DNA of 64,000 nt, from assembly GCF_009914755.1 (NCBI RefSeq), contig NC_060925.1; one strand, given 5' to 3'. This document shows positions 51,049 through 64,000 of this stretch, in pieces. A program made the position numbers and the translations under genes. The notes beneath the pieces were generated by a model. The model was not told the origin of the DNA. It made no database searches and saw only the letters and a list, made by a program, of their open reading frames with translations. Source of the stretch: the human T2T-CHM13v2.0 reference genome, Homo sapiens. Within the stretch, counting starts at the first letter, position 1, and each line of letters begins with the position of its first letter.

Positions 51049-53072
51049 GTCCACAGCCACCCAGCTGAGGTCCTGGGTCTCTGAGCAAAGGAGCATGCTT
51101 GGGCGTTGTGGCCTCTTAGGCAGCCTGTTTCAAGTGCCATGTGGACCTGGTGCAGCTGGGAAGCTTGGGACTCTCGTCTGCACTGCGTGTCCTCTGAAGC
51201 AGTGAAGTCTGTGCCTATGCCGAGCGCGCTAAGAAGTCTCCCTTCCAGCTGTTCCATTCTCTCCACCACCAGCGTAACTGGCAAGTTACCAAGGTTGTTC
51301 CTGAAACAGCAGTGATCATGACTTCTCCTTTCCAGAGTTTTGGGTCCTTCTGAATTAATGGTCCTTTTCGAACACCGGCTTGCCTTTACAGTGAACTGTG
51401 ATTCTCTCGAAGCCAATGCTTTCCTGTCTGTATTTGATGCAGGATTAAACACTTCCCAGAGAGGATTCTAGTCTGGTAAATAACCACAGTGTAGGAACTA
51501 TCTAACTGGCATTTGTGTTTCTTGCGAGTATTTTGAAGAAACAGGCCGTTGACCCCATCTTTGGAAGTAGCCCTTTACCATGCATGGTCAGTTTCTTAGG
51601 GATTTACTATTTGTGTGAGGTGGCATCTAAGGGAAGAATGGGTTTTCTTCCCCAAAACATCAGCATTTCTAAAATAGTCCTAAAGCTTGAAAGTAAGTTG
51701 CTTCCATGAGCATGGATTACCCAGTAGCTACTTTTTAATAGAGACTGACTAGGTTTACAACTTCTGGGAGCTACTCTGTGGGCTGAATTCTTCCAAAACC
51801 GAGAAAAGCCAGTGCAGTCTGATTTCTTTTGCTTTTGTCAGTAATGGAATCTTTTGTTTTTAAAATGTACAAACCTATAAGTTTAAACAGGTTTGTACTG
51901 ACAACCTCCTTGGCTTATTTGGGGGTGGAGCAATTGTTTTATTCCCCAGTTTCAGTGCGTTGCCCACTTCAAACATGGTGTGTCCTTTGGAGCTGTGACA
52001 GAGGTGCCTGTTCTGACTTAGAACCTCTGGAGGAGGAGGGGGGTGCCTTGGTCTCGTGTTACTTTGCTGTGCCTGTGCTGAGAGACCATGTGCCCGAGCA
52101 TCTGGTTGACCGGCATGAAGTACATCAGCCTGTCTTAGCCTGAGCTGCTTTGAAGACCATGGGGTCTTGTGTTTCCAACTTCGAAGTGCTGATGTGGACA
52201 GTTTGCCAATGTTCTCTTCTATTGCAAGTTCAGCCAGACTCCATGACTCATCTGATCCCTTTTATGGCCAAATCATCCTTCAGAGTAGGGAACACTCAGA
52301 CATTCTGTGCATGTTGTTCCCCCAAAGCATGGTCATCACAAAGTCCTGAGTTCTGGTGTGTGCTCCCGCCTCCTGGGTATACAGAGAGAAGGCAGGAATC
52401 AGGAGTTCCAGAAGCATATACATGTGGCTACCCCAGCAACAAGCGCATCCTGTGCTCAGATAAGCTGCATGGTTGGGAGTGTTTTTTCTCGCACGTTGAG
52501 GCTTAGTGGAGATGGGCACCACTGCCATTTGCTCAGAAGAAGGCTGGTCTGGTCCTAACTGCATCCCACACTGCCCAGATCATTCTAGAATAGGTTATTT
52601 CTGAATGTTTTATAGAATTTCTTAATACCATCCTGGTTTGGTCAGCCATTCCTTTGATTGGAAAGGTCAGCTGGGGCCAGTGGTGCCTCAGGCAGGCCCA
52701 CACAACTGGCCACCTCTTCCCGTTAATGACCACAGCAGACAGAATTTGAGCCCAGCACCTAAAAGTACAGGAATTTCACTTCCCACCAGGACTTGAGCAC
52801 ATAACTCTATGTCTGATCTAGGAGGCTGGGGGAAGAGCCTCCCATAAAATCACACCTACTCTGTGGTAAGAATAAAATCCCACCCACCTGGGACTTGGTA
52901 ATTTCTCCAGACAGGAAAGCTTTAGAAAACTTGAGTGAAATGGAGCAAGCTTGAAGGAGTTAGAATCTTCTGTGCTTAGGGTTTGCTGCTGCTGGTGAGC
53001 TTAGAATTTTGGGGTTGGGAAAAAGTGGAAGGCATAAGCATAGAAATATTTTAGGATATTTTAGGATATGTG

Positions 53073-53078
53073 AATAAA
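53073..53078 (+). terminator. Candidate UBXN10 poly(A) signal (alternatives at 52871, 53098, 55671)
   Basis: AATAAA followed by a U-rich stretch. Confidence 0.6.
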
Positions 53079-54999
53079 GCTAGACTCAAACCATCATAAT
53101 AAACATTTTTTTTTTGGACAAAAGATGATACGATAAAAACCAACTTGTGTGAAACTGAGTCAGTGGAGAAGTGCATCTCGTATTTTAACCTAAGGCTTCA
53201 GCTCCCACACACGACTGGACAGAGGGGTGTGTTAGCCTGATCTTCAGTTTTCTCATTGGGAAAGCACTTGTTCCACTGTTAGAACCAAGTCCTCCTCCCC
53301 GGACACTTCTGATGCCCACTGCAGAAGCGACGGGGCTCCTGCTCTCAGCTTCTGTCACAGCACTTAGCTTGTCTGGATAAGAGTCACCTGAATTTTTCCT
53401 AAACATCATTCCAAGTACTCTGATTTTGGGGATTGGCAAGAACAAACTAAATCAGAATTCAGAGTTCCTGATGGCTCCACATGTTGCATTGCAGCTGAGG
53501 CCCCCTGTCCTAAATGGGCTCAACCGGCCTAGCACACTCCTCTTGGTGGCTTTGGGTGGGTCAGCCTTGCCCAGTTTGGGGTCATAGACCTCAGTTATTC
53601 ATTTAACCGATGGCCATTGAGGGCTTACCCAGTGCCACACTTTGAGACAAGCATGGGTGTCCTGAAAAGAAAGTGTTGGCAAGAAAACATGAACCCACCA
53701 TTGGACTCTCAACTCAAACCTTACTGAAGTCAGTGGCTATAGCTTTATCTGCAAAGGACCCCAAAGTGAGGATCCCACATTGTTACTGCTGGCTCTTCAT
53801 CCCACCCTCTGGAGATGCTAAGGAAGCTCTTGCCCACCTTTTCTAGTGATGGAGTAGGAACTTTGCATAGGACAAACCTTCATGATAGGTTACTCTAGTA
53901 TATTCCCTCATAAAGTCCAATAGGTAAATTAGTCTTGGCAGCAGAAGGAACAGCAGGAGAAGTAAGTGATTCATCATCTAGAATCCAGAAAATTTGCACC
54001 AACAGATGGCAGGTGGTTATAACACAACAGATCTTGCCCTGAGAATATCTGGGGACCCAGCCAACAGCCTTCAAGGCAGGGCACTCCTGCGGAAGAGATG
54101 GCTTGTGAACATGACTGTGGACCCAGAGTCACCCCAGAGCTCCCATATAAAATGCTTCACAGAGAAACTAAGAGCAGCCTTGGGGCATTCATTCCAATTA
54201 ATAACCTTAAAGACTAGAGCCAGATCCACCTGCATTACAAAAGCAGGCATTCGAGGAACTAAACTTTGCTTTTGTTCATGCTCTTACCTGCCGTTTTAAA
54301 TGGGTTTCTAATGTCAAATAAAGCCACCCTGCCTCTTGGGACAAAGATGTTTCTCTTTACTTAGTTTTAAAAATAAAATCCTCATAATAAGTTCGGATAA
54401 AAGAGACTTTTACATGGTAAGAGGATCTACTTTTCTACCTTTTAAACGGAATAAAGAAGACAGCTATATTATTTTGCTTTAGCATTAGTTTAGAAGTCAT
54501 TCCAAGAATTAAGCAGGAACATCTGTTTTCTCAGTCCATTAAGGCAACACCCCACAGTAAAGTTAAAAGTTCACGAGCCTATTGACTCTCATCCAGAAAC
54601 CAGAACCAACCAAACCCCACCATATAACAGGGAAGGCCTGAGGTCGCTTCGGAGGAGTTAGCAATCAAAGGAGAACAGACTTTTGGTGACTCAGTTACCA
54701 ACACACAACACTCATAAAACTAAAATTAGGTGTTTTATTTTTTGTCTACACGGGTGGCGTGCCACTTTCCTTTCCTGATTAGGGAAGCTTCTCCCAGCCC
54801 TTTCTGACGTTCATCTGTGTGCCTTTATGTTCAAACAGTTTAGGAAGCAGCAGCCCTCCTAACAGTCGACGCGGAAGCACAAATCTCTGGAGGTATTTTT
54901 GGACACACTTAAATCCTATCCCAAGAGACTGAACGACTGTGGTGACAAATGCCCACGGGTAAAACTGAGCAAGCCTCATTCAGACTGTCCTGCTCAGAG

Positions 55000-55013
55000 G
55001 CGCCCTCTGGCTG
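55000..55013 (-). promoter_or_regulatory. Candidate CTCF site
   Basis: Reverse strand CAGCCAGAGGGCGC, one mismatch to the core consensus. Confidence 0.45.
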
Positions 55014-56039
55014 CCGTGTTGAGGGGCTGGGGTGGAAGATGGAAGACTTGAGTGCTGGAGGTATGAAGGTGACCAGAGAGAGGTGATGGTGGTTCGGGCC
55101 AGGGTGGTAGCCAGAGATGTCATGAGAGGTGGCCAGATTCTGGACATATAATCCATTTTCTTAAGGAGAAAAAAAAGGATAGTTTGACAAGTTGGGATTC
55201 ACCCAGGTGGACTTAGCTTGACCAATATCGCCAACGTGGATTGTTTCTGCAAAAACAAACAAGCAAACAACCACCACGGCAGCAAAGCACATGGCAGGCA
55301 GGGGAAAGACACTGACCAGCAGGAACATTCCCATCAAGGAAATGCACGAGTGTTTTTGGACAAAGTGTACAGAGAAAATCAAAGCTATTCATTGTTTTAA
55401 TTAAGAGATAAAACTAAGGTCACTGTTTCACTTAATGTTGAGATATAAGTTAAAAGTATCATCTACCTCTAGGGGTATGATATGACTGCTGACCAAGGTT
55501 ACTTAATAAGAAATCCTTGTTCTAGTTAAATACACTGTTTATCTCTATCTCCTGTCCTTCATCCCTCCCTTTCTTGCCACCCTTCCCTCCATTTATTCCA
55601 GTCCAGCAGCTGACTGGGGATGCATTTCTTCTTGGGAAGGCAAACAAAGCCATCATTCTGGGGCTTAATTAATAAAGCTCCTAGTTTCATAGTTTTCATG
55701 CTCACCTCGTGTTTATATGAGGGGATCTGTGCAGTGGGGCCTTGGTCCCTTTTGTGACTGGCTAAGAGCTGCGTCTCTCTGACATTTGTTCTCTTTGATA
55801 GGAGATGTAGATGTCATGGGTCCACTCTGGCTGGTGAGCACCTCCAGCAGACAGCCTGGGTCTGCTCTAGCTCTAGCCACTGTTAACAAGAATGGCCAGC
55901 CACCTGCACACAAACCCTGGGAGAATGGCGGGGGTGCCCACCCTGCCAGCTGGGACATATTCTCTGGAAACTTGCTGCCCCCACCCCACCACCTGCATAC
56001 AACCCTGGCTGATCCTGCATCAGCCCAGACCAGACATAA

Positions 56040-56453
<414 letters not shown>

Positions 56454-56677
56454 TAATGGAGTTCCCAGCAGGCTGTCACCTGATTCAAATCATCTGTAAC
56501 AAATTTATCCAACAAATATATATTAAGCACCTAGATGGCAGGCACATATCAGGCTCATCAGTGAACAGGCCAAAACTCCCTCCTCCCACATACTAACGGG
56601 AGGAGACAGAAAGTGAATATACATAATTAATGTAGAATGGTAGAAGAGGATACATGCCATGGAAAAGAGAAAGTAGA

Positions 56678-57113
<436 letters not shown>

Positions 57114-60068
57114 TCAGAAGCAAACAAGGTTGTCAGTCTGTAGATAGGTGGGGGAAGAGGGCTCCTGGAAGAGGGGGTGCAAAGGTCCTCAGAAGAGAGC
57201 ACTTCCAGCCTGTTAGGGGAAGGACCAGCAATGGGTGTGGCTGGAGCCAGGTGGGTGGGGCAGTCAGAGATGGGGGCAGGAGACACACAGTGTCACTCTG
57301 GGTCAGATGCAGAGCCACTGCAGGCAGCTGAGCAGAGGAGTGGTGCCCGATGGATGTCTTCAAATCCGCTCTTGGCTGCCGAGTTGAGATTAGGCAAAGG
57401 CAGAAGACAGAAGACCAAGTAGAAGCTATTAGCATAATCTAAGTGACAGATGATGACCAGAGTGGTCCCCACAGGTGTCATGAGAAGTGGACAGCTTCTG
57501 GGTATAGAACCTATTTATTTTTTTAAAAAGTGATAATTTTATTGTAAAAGTAGCATTGAAGTAAATGCTAACCCATAATGTACATCATCATTATACATTA
57601 TTTTTCCAGGCACAAAAGGCTCATTCTTATAGAAGTCATTATATTCTTCCCCAAAAACAAAAGCACATGCTTTTTTTGAAAAATGGAAAACTTGGGAAAT
57701 ATAGAGAAGATTAAAGAGGAAAATAAAAATCATCCATAATCCTTTTGGTCAGAGATAACTGTTGTTAATATTTTGCATATATTTTTTTTCATTCTTAATG
57801 ACTAAATTTATGTTGCACATTACTTTCTTGCCAGTAGGCACACATGCATATTTTTAACATTTGTAATCTTAGCAAACACAGTTAAATATTCTTTCTCCAA
57901 ATATCTACAGCCTTCATAATTATTTTAAGACTGAGTAATACTTCAACATGTTGATGTACCATAATTTATTAAACTACTTTCCCTTTATGGAAGGAAAATC
58001 TATGTGTTTCCAATTTTTCTTTTTTTTTTTTGCTATAGAAGTCTATGCTGAAATCTTCATTTAGGTAGCTTTTGCATCTTTTGAATTACTTCTTTAGGAC
58101 AAATGTCCAGGAATAGGATTGGTAGGTCAAATTACATGAAAATTTTTATGGATTTTGCTTTTACTTTTCAATGCATTATATAGCAAAGCACGTAACAACT
58201 TCATTGTAGCATCTTCAGTTTTGTGGTTACTGCTTTTTAAAATTTTCCCTAATTTTGTTGATTGAAAATGGAAACTAAACTTCAAAAACTTTCCATGCTG
58301 CTGATTACTGTTAAGTATTAACATTTCCCATGCCTCCCAACACACTTTTAATACTAAAATGAAAACATGAAGGCACAGTTACATTGTTGTCATAATCCAG
58401 ACACTCTATTCCAATTAAAGCCAAGGAAAGTAGGACTGCTGGGGGCTGAGAGAGAAATGTCTTTGTTCTTACTATTCATATTTACATGAAGCATTACACC
58501 TCTCAAAATATGTATGGTCTTGAACATGGTCTTGAAAACGCATGCAAGATTTTAATGAATCAAATCTTATTTAAATACGTATCTTTTCGTTGAGCCAACA
58601 AACAGAATATGTACATGCAACAGACATGGGACATGACCATGACCGTGAACCAGACTGGTCTCTGCTCTCGAGGAACTTCCAATCTAGTGGGAAGAGCCAT
58701 GTGAATTTCAAACGGGCATATATGGTAAGAACAATACTAGCCTTTTATCTCACTTGTCCATAGTCAAGTGAGATATTGACTAGCACAACAGTGGCAGGAG
58801 ATAGTCCTTTTTATCTACAATAAACAGTCTCTGGAAGGATGTCTGATTGCTTGACTTCGCAGCAGCCTGGTCAGAGCCGTTAGCATTCAGTCTGAGGACC
58901 AGGGCTACCAAGCCATTGTTTTCTAATGCCTTTTAATTTGGACTTTAAAAAAAAAAAAGAGTGTGGAGGAGGTGTGAGAGGCAGGTTGAGGCAAAGGCCA
59001 GCCTGGGAGCACAGGAAATCAGTTCACTCTGCAGAGAGCGTTTGTCCCCACTGCCATTGAGGAGACATTCGTGGGTCTTACTGAAAATGCTCTTGCACTT
59101 GGTCTTGCCTGTTCAGGCTACACTACCCTGCTCATATCATTCCCCACCAGGCCTGCCAGCCAAGGCATCTGGCATCAACCTGTCTAGAGTCCTCAGTCCC
59201 ATCCTCCAAGAAGTCCAAGGTGTGAGTCACAGGCACCTGCTCAAGAGAGAAATTGACATGTACATTCACAGTCCACCCAAGAGGCTGTCCCTTCACATTC
59301 AGGCAAAGGAGCTGCAAGACCAGTGTGTAAACGGGGGTGTGGCTGGCAGACAAAGGCCAGGCTGCAAGCATTAGGGGAAATGCAGAAAGTCACCAGCAAA
59401 TCCCAGACAGTACGCTTTCTACAGATTGGGATGGGTAACCCCCACTCAGTGTAGCCAGAAACGCCTCCCAAATGGCTTTTGAATTCTAAGACTGTCCAAT
59501 GGGCAAAAATAGAATAATGGATTTTTAAAAGGGGGACTCCACATCCAAAAGACTCTGGAACTTTTAAAAAAGTTCTGCCCCAGATCAACTGAATTAATGT
59601 CTCTGGAGCTGGATTCTGGGAACTACTCTTTTAGAAACTCCCCAGGGAATGCTAAGGCTCAGCTGGGCTAAGAACTTCTGGGCTGGATGAGGTCATTTCA
59701 AGGTCCCTTCCAACACCTATGGTCTGTGACTCTCCAGGGCTGTCCTGTTCTCATATCTTTGCTCAGGCTTCCTCTTCCCCGACCCCAGCACCACTTCTCA
59801 GGAGGCCACCTTTCCGTGTCAGCTTCAGCCCTGATTTCCCTGAAGCCTTGGCCAGAAGAGACCTCTCCCTCTCTTGAGTTTCTCCAGCTCATTATCTCCC
59901 TCAAATCATTTTATAAAACACTCCGATGTGGCGTAGAAAGAGCAGAGGGTTTGGAATCGAGTGTCCCATGCTCTTCGTCTGGGTAGGTCATTGTTTCTCC
60001 AAGCCTCCATCTTCCCACCCACAAATGGAAACAAGTGCTCCGTGAGGGGTTGTTGTGAAGAGTCGGAT

Positions 60069-62696
60069 GAAATAACGTGCATGGAGAATGCTTTGACACC
60101 TGTAAAAATAGGTACAAATGCTCATTTTTATTTTAGCAACTACCCATCTTCTATTGTGGTCATTTCTCTCTTTATTTGCTCCACAGACACTTGCTGAGCA
60201 CCTGCTTTATGCAAAGCACTGGGGATACAAAAAGAAAGATGTGCGCACTGCCCTCCAGGAGCTCCCAGCCCAGTGCAGGGAGGCAGAGAGGTACACAGAA
60301 AGCTATCGTATCTATCACGAGATTAGCACAATTGTCAATTTTCTTCACTGATGCACCCCCAGTGCCTAAAACAGTGCCTGGCACAGGGCAGTTGCTCAGT
60401 GAATGTGGAATGATGAATCAATTCAAGGGTATTATGGAATCACAGACTGAGGATGGGGGAGGCCTCTGGAAAGTAACATAGGAGCTGAGGGTCGAAGGGC
60501 TGAGTAGGAAAGAACCAGTGCACATCTGGCCTCTTCCACAAGGCTTTAAGGCTCTGCAAGATCAGCTTGTGGCTAATTCATCGTTGTGCCTCTTGGTGCC
60601 TAGCAGTGGGCACTGTACTTAATAGGTGTCAACCTCTCAGAAATGAAACTTAAAGATCCTGCTTTAAAAAACAAAAAGCAATTCAGCATCATAGGCACAA
60701 AACTAACTTAGGTCATCTGAGTCACCCAAGCCCTTCAGCCAGTTCACAGTGATGGGTCTCACAATGATGCCATCCCCAAAGAGCCTGGCATGGTTTCCAA
60801 AGTTCCTTGCAGCGCTCTATGTAGAGCTGGCAAACACAGATTAATTCAGCCCATCTGCTTTGGTCCTCATCCACATATTTCAGAGCAGGTTTCTCATTAC
60901 CTTAATCCAGATAATATATTCTTTGCAGCAAGAGACCATGAAGACAGGTAGGTTCCTGTTTTCTAAATAGTTCACATTTTCACAAGAACGGAAGCCCAGC
61001 CTACAAGTGAGACAGTGTTGCATAAGCAATCAAATACTCAAATGGCCCCTGCTGGAGTCCCTTTCAGGGACCACACTTCTGAAGGAAAACACCGTGGCCT
61101 GAGTTCCGAGTCTAGATCCAAGGCAGAGCTGTAACCCTGAGGACATTGGGTGAATACATTTCGGGAAATATTTATTTTGGGAATAAATTTCGAAATAATG
61201 TGCATGGAGAACGCTTTGACACCTGTAAAAATAGGTACAAACGCTCATTTTTATTTTAGCAACTACCCATCTTCTATTGTCATTTCTCTCTTTGTTTGCT
61301 CCACAGACACTTGCTGAGCACTTGCTTTGTGCCAAGCACTGGGGATACAAAAAGAAAGAGATGCCCACTGCCCTCCAGGAGCTCCCAGCCTTGAGCACAC
61401 CCCTCGTGCATTGGTTCGGGGCCCTTGGAATGCAACCTAAAGGTACATTATCTAAGAGGAAGAGGAATCTCCAGATTCCTAGATGTATCTTCTCTAAGCC
61501 AGTGCTGCTGACTTAACCTCAACTACCAGAGGACAACCTGAGCCACAGAAAGTCATTTAAGTTGCAAAGGCAAAAAGAGCTCCTCCTGTAGCACGATGGG
61601 TGGTGAAGTGCATGCTGCCCAGGCCCAGACGACTATGAGCTCTTGTCCTTGGGTCTATCCAAGAAGAGGAATGGAGCCCTGGGCCCAGGATGGCTTATAC
61701 ATTCCCTGTCTGGAGACAGAGGCTGGGTGACCTCTCAGGACCCTCTCAGTTCTATAACTCCACAGCCCACTAGGGTTGGGGTCTTCATGGCTTGTAACTG
61801 GAGATTTTGCTAAAAGCAGGTGCTACTGCAAAGTTGTGAGTGCAAACAGGCTTCTTTCTGCAAAACGCTCAGATCTGAGATTCAACAATTGCTATCGAGC
61901 CCTCTGACCCAGCCAGTAGCCAGCCTGCAGGGGACTGTTTCTGAAGCATTTACACCGGGCGCCAGGTGAACAAGGAGGCTGACAGCCTAGCTGAGCTCCA
62001 GAAGCTCTGGCATTTGGAGAACATCTTCCCTTATTTAATGCTTAGCCTGTGCCTAAACTGACACACCTTACGTCAGGATAGGGTGGTTGGGCAAGTGGGT
62101 GTGTGTAGAGGTTGCTGTACAAGTCAAATGACATTTTCTGCCTGAAGGAGATCACAGAATTAGGGAATGTTGAGTTCAAAATTCCTACAGAACAATCTGC
62201 CTGCTGTACCAGCGTGTCATTTCCCCATTCTCCTTCCCCTTCTCCAACTACTGTTCAGTCTGTACCCCATTAACCTGCCTTTGCTTTTCTTCATTTTTTT
62301 ATGATTACCTGTAATTATCTTATTTGTTGGCTTTTTTATTTATCAGCTGTTTCCCCAATCCCAATATAAGGTTCATGAAAGCAGGGGCCTTGCCTGTCTG
62401 TGCCCCAGGCACCCAGTGCCTGGCTGGTAAGCACATATTGAATAATAAATGAGCATCCCATGAACTCTAGAGCACACCCCTTGTGCATTGTTTCGGGGCC
62501 TTTGGAAAATGGCAACCTAAAGGTGCATTATCTAAGAGGAAGAGGAATCTTCAGATTCCTAGATGTATCTTCTCTAAGCCAGTGCTGCTGACCTTACCTC
62601 AACTACTGGAGGACAACCTGAGCCACAAAAAGTCATTTAAGTTGCAAAGGCAAAAAGAGCTCTTTCTGTAGCATCATGGGTGGTGAAGTGCAAGCT
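60069..62696 (+). repeat. Interlocked local duplications: A 60069-60270, A' 61192-61390, B 61393-61616, B' 62470-62696
   Basis: Direct alignment by eye; the ORF track shows the same peptides twice (FLSLFAPQTLAEHLL and KRKRNLQIPRCIFSKPVLLT). Confidence 0.93.
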
Positions 62697-64000
62697 CCGC
62701 GGGTCCAGATCACCAGGGCTCAATTCCAGGTCTCCCACCTACCCATCAGGCCACCTTGGGCAGTTAGTTAGCCTCTCTGTGCCTTAGTTCCCAGTGTTGA
62801 AAACACAGGTTGTTAGTGTACTTACCTCCCAGGGTTGTAGGAATTAAATGTGTGGATACACATGAAGCTCTCAGCATCCAAAACGGCACCTGGACAGCAT
62901 CATTGTCACCATCGTTGCCAACCACTTTGTAAGGTAGGGACTTGTCTCCATTTTAAAAACAGTGAGGTCAAGAACATGGGTGGACATGCTTGCAGTGTGC
63001 TCAAATGCAACCTTAAAGTAAGAGGAGTAGTCCTGAGCAGGGAGTCAAATGGCTGGTGGGCCACCAAGGGCTCTCTGTCCACTGCCACCATAGCCCTGCT
63101 ATGGCCCTGCCTCATCGGTCAGCTTTCACCCTCTCCCCAGGTGCTTCTTCTTGGTCTCTCTCTCACAGCCAGGCCATTTGGTCACTCTACAGCACTACCT
63201 GGCATACCTCCTAGAGAGCTTACTGCCTTTCACTGCCCCCCATGGAAATGCACCACAATGCTCCCCACCTCTGCTGGCCCAGACATGCGTTCAAATCTGT
63301 GGAACCCCTTGCCATGAAGTGCCTGGTCTGTGTGTAGAGCTTTTCCCAGGCAGTAGAAAGAAGAGGAAGATGGCCTATGTTTTGCCCAAGGCCTCATTCT
63401 TTCTGTGCCGAAGCTGCACTGTCCAGACAGTGAAAGTGCCCAGAGAACTTCCTATGTGGCCACCTGGGGTGCCGTTTCTTCGGTGGAACCTGGGGGGAAT
63501 TTCTAGCTAAAACAAAGAAGGGATGAGGAGAATGGAATGAACTTGTTTTTGGTGTCTACTAAGAACTTCACAGACTCTCATTTGATCTTCAGGGTGTTCC
63601 CCTGAGACAAACGTCTTACCTCCATTCTACAGAGGAGGAAATGGGACTCAGAGAGGAAGAGCAACTTGGCCATGGTGGCGCAGCCACTGAACAGAGGGCT
63701 GGGATTCAGACCCAGTGTCTCTAATGGTGAAGTCCTGCTTGGTGACAGCGGTAGGACAAAGGAGGCAAAGGAGGGGCATTTCGAATCTGGGGGGCAGGAG
63801 GGAATGGGCACCAGGATCAGCCAGCCCATCTATGCAAGAAAAACTGGCAGGTGGTTTTGAAATACTTTGATCCCCCCAACCCAAGATGAGAGCCCTTGCT
63901 ACAGAGTTCAGAGGACATTTCAAGTCCAGGCCCCAGTGCTTTGGCATTTTGTTATTACAAAAATGAGGAGGTGATTAAATGGTGTTTACCATCCTTTAAT

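Noticed and set aside
50681-51452. Alternative-frame and antisense ORFs over UBXN10
   Set aside because: Shadow ORFs of the real coding sequence with no independent support.

Overview
Mammalian (human-like, Alu-rich) genomic DNA that I recognise from the encoded proteins as the distal end of the 1p36 group-II secreted phospholipase A2 cluster. Left to right: (1) the last three coding exons and 3' UTR of PLA2G2F (+); its 5' exons lie upstream of the window. (2) A 6.65-kb defective HERV-E-type (tRNA-Glu PBS) provirus, 13606-20255, with both LTRs, a 5-bp TSD, broken gag/pro/pol and a mostly deleted env, inserted into a MIR. (3) PLA2G2C (-), four coding exons giving an open 149-aa frame in which the catalytic CCxxHDCC motif is replaced by intron-like sequence. 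(4) A ~1-kb complex minisatellite. (5) UBXN10 (+): CpG-rich promoter with RFX X-box and forkhead motifs, a non-coding exon 1 holding a uORF, and one 280-aa coding exon. (6) Repeat-rich downstream DNA with a chimeric local duplication. I see no clearly novel multi-gene system. The best leads are a possible spliced LTR-driven transcript carrying a 45-aa env-signal-peptide ORF, the frame-preserving decay of PLA2G2C, an RFX/FOXJ1-type ciliary regulatory module, and the templated A'-B insertion at ~61.2-61.6 kb. Repeat subfamily names are from remembered consensus sequences, not a RepeatMasker run.
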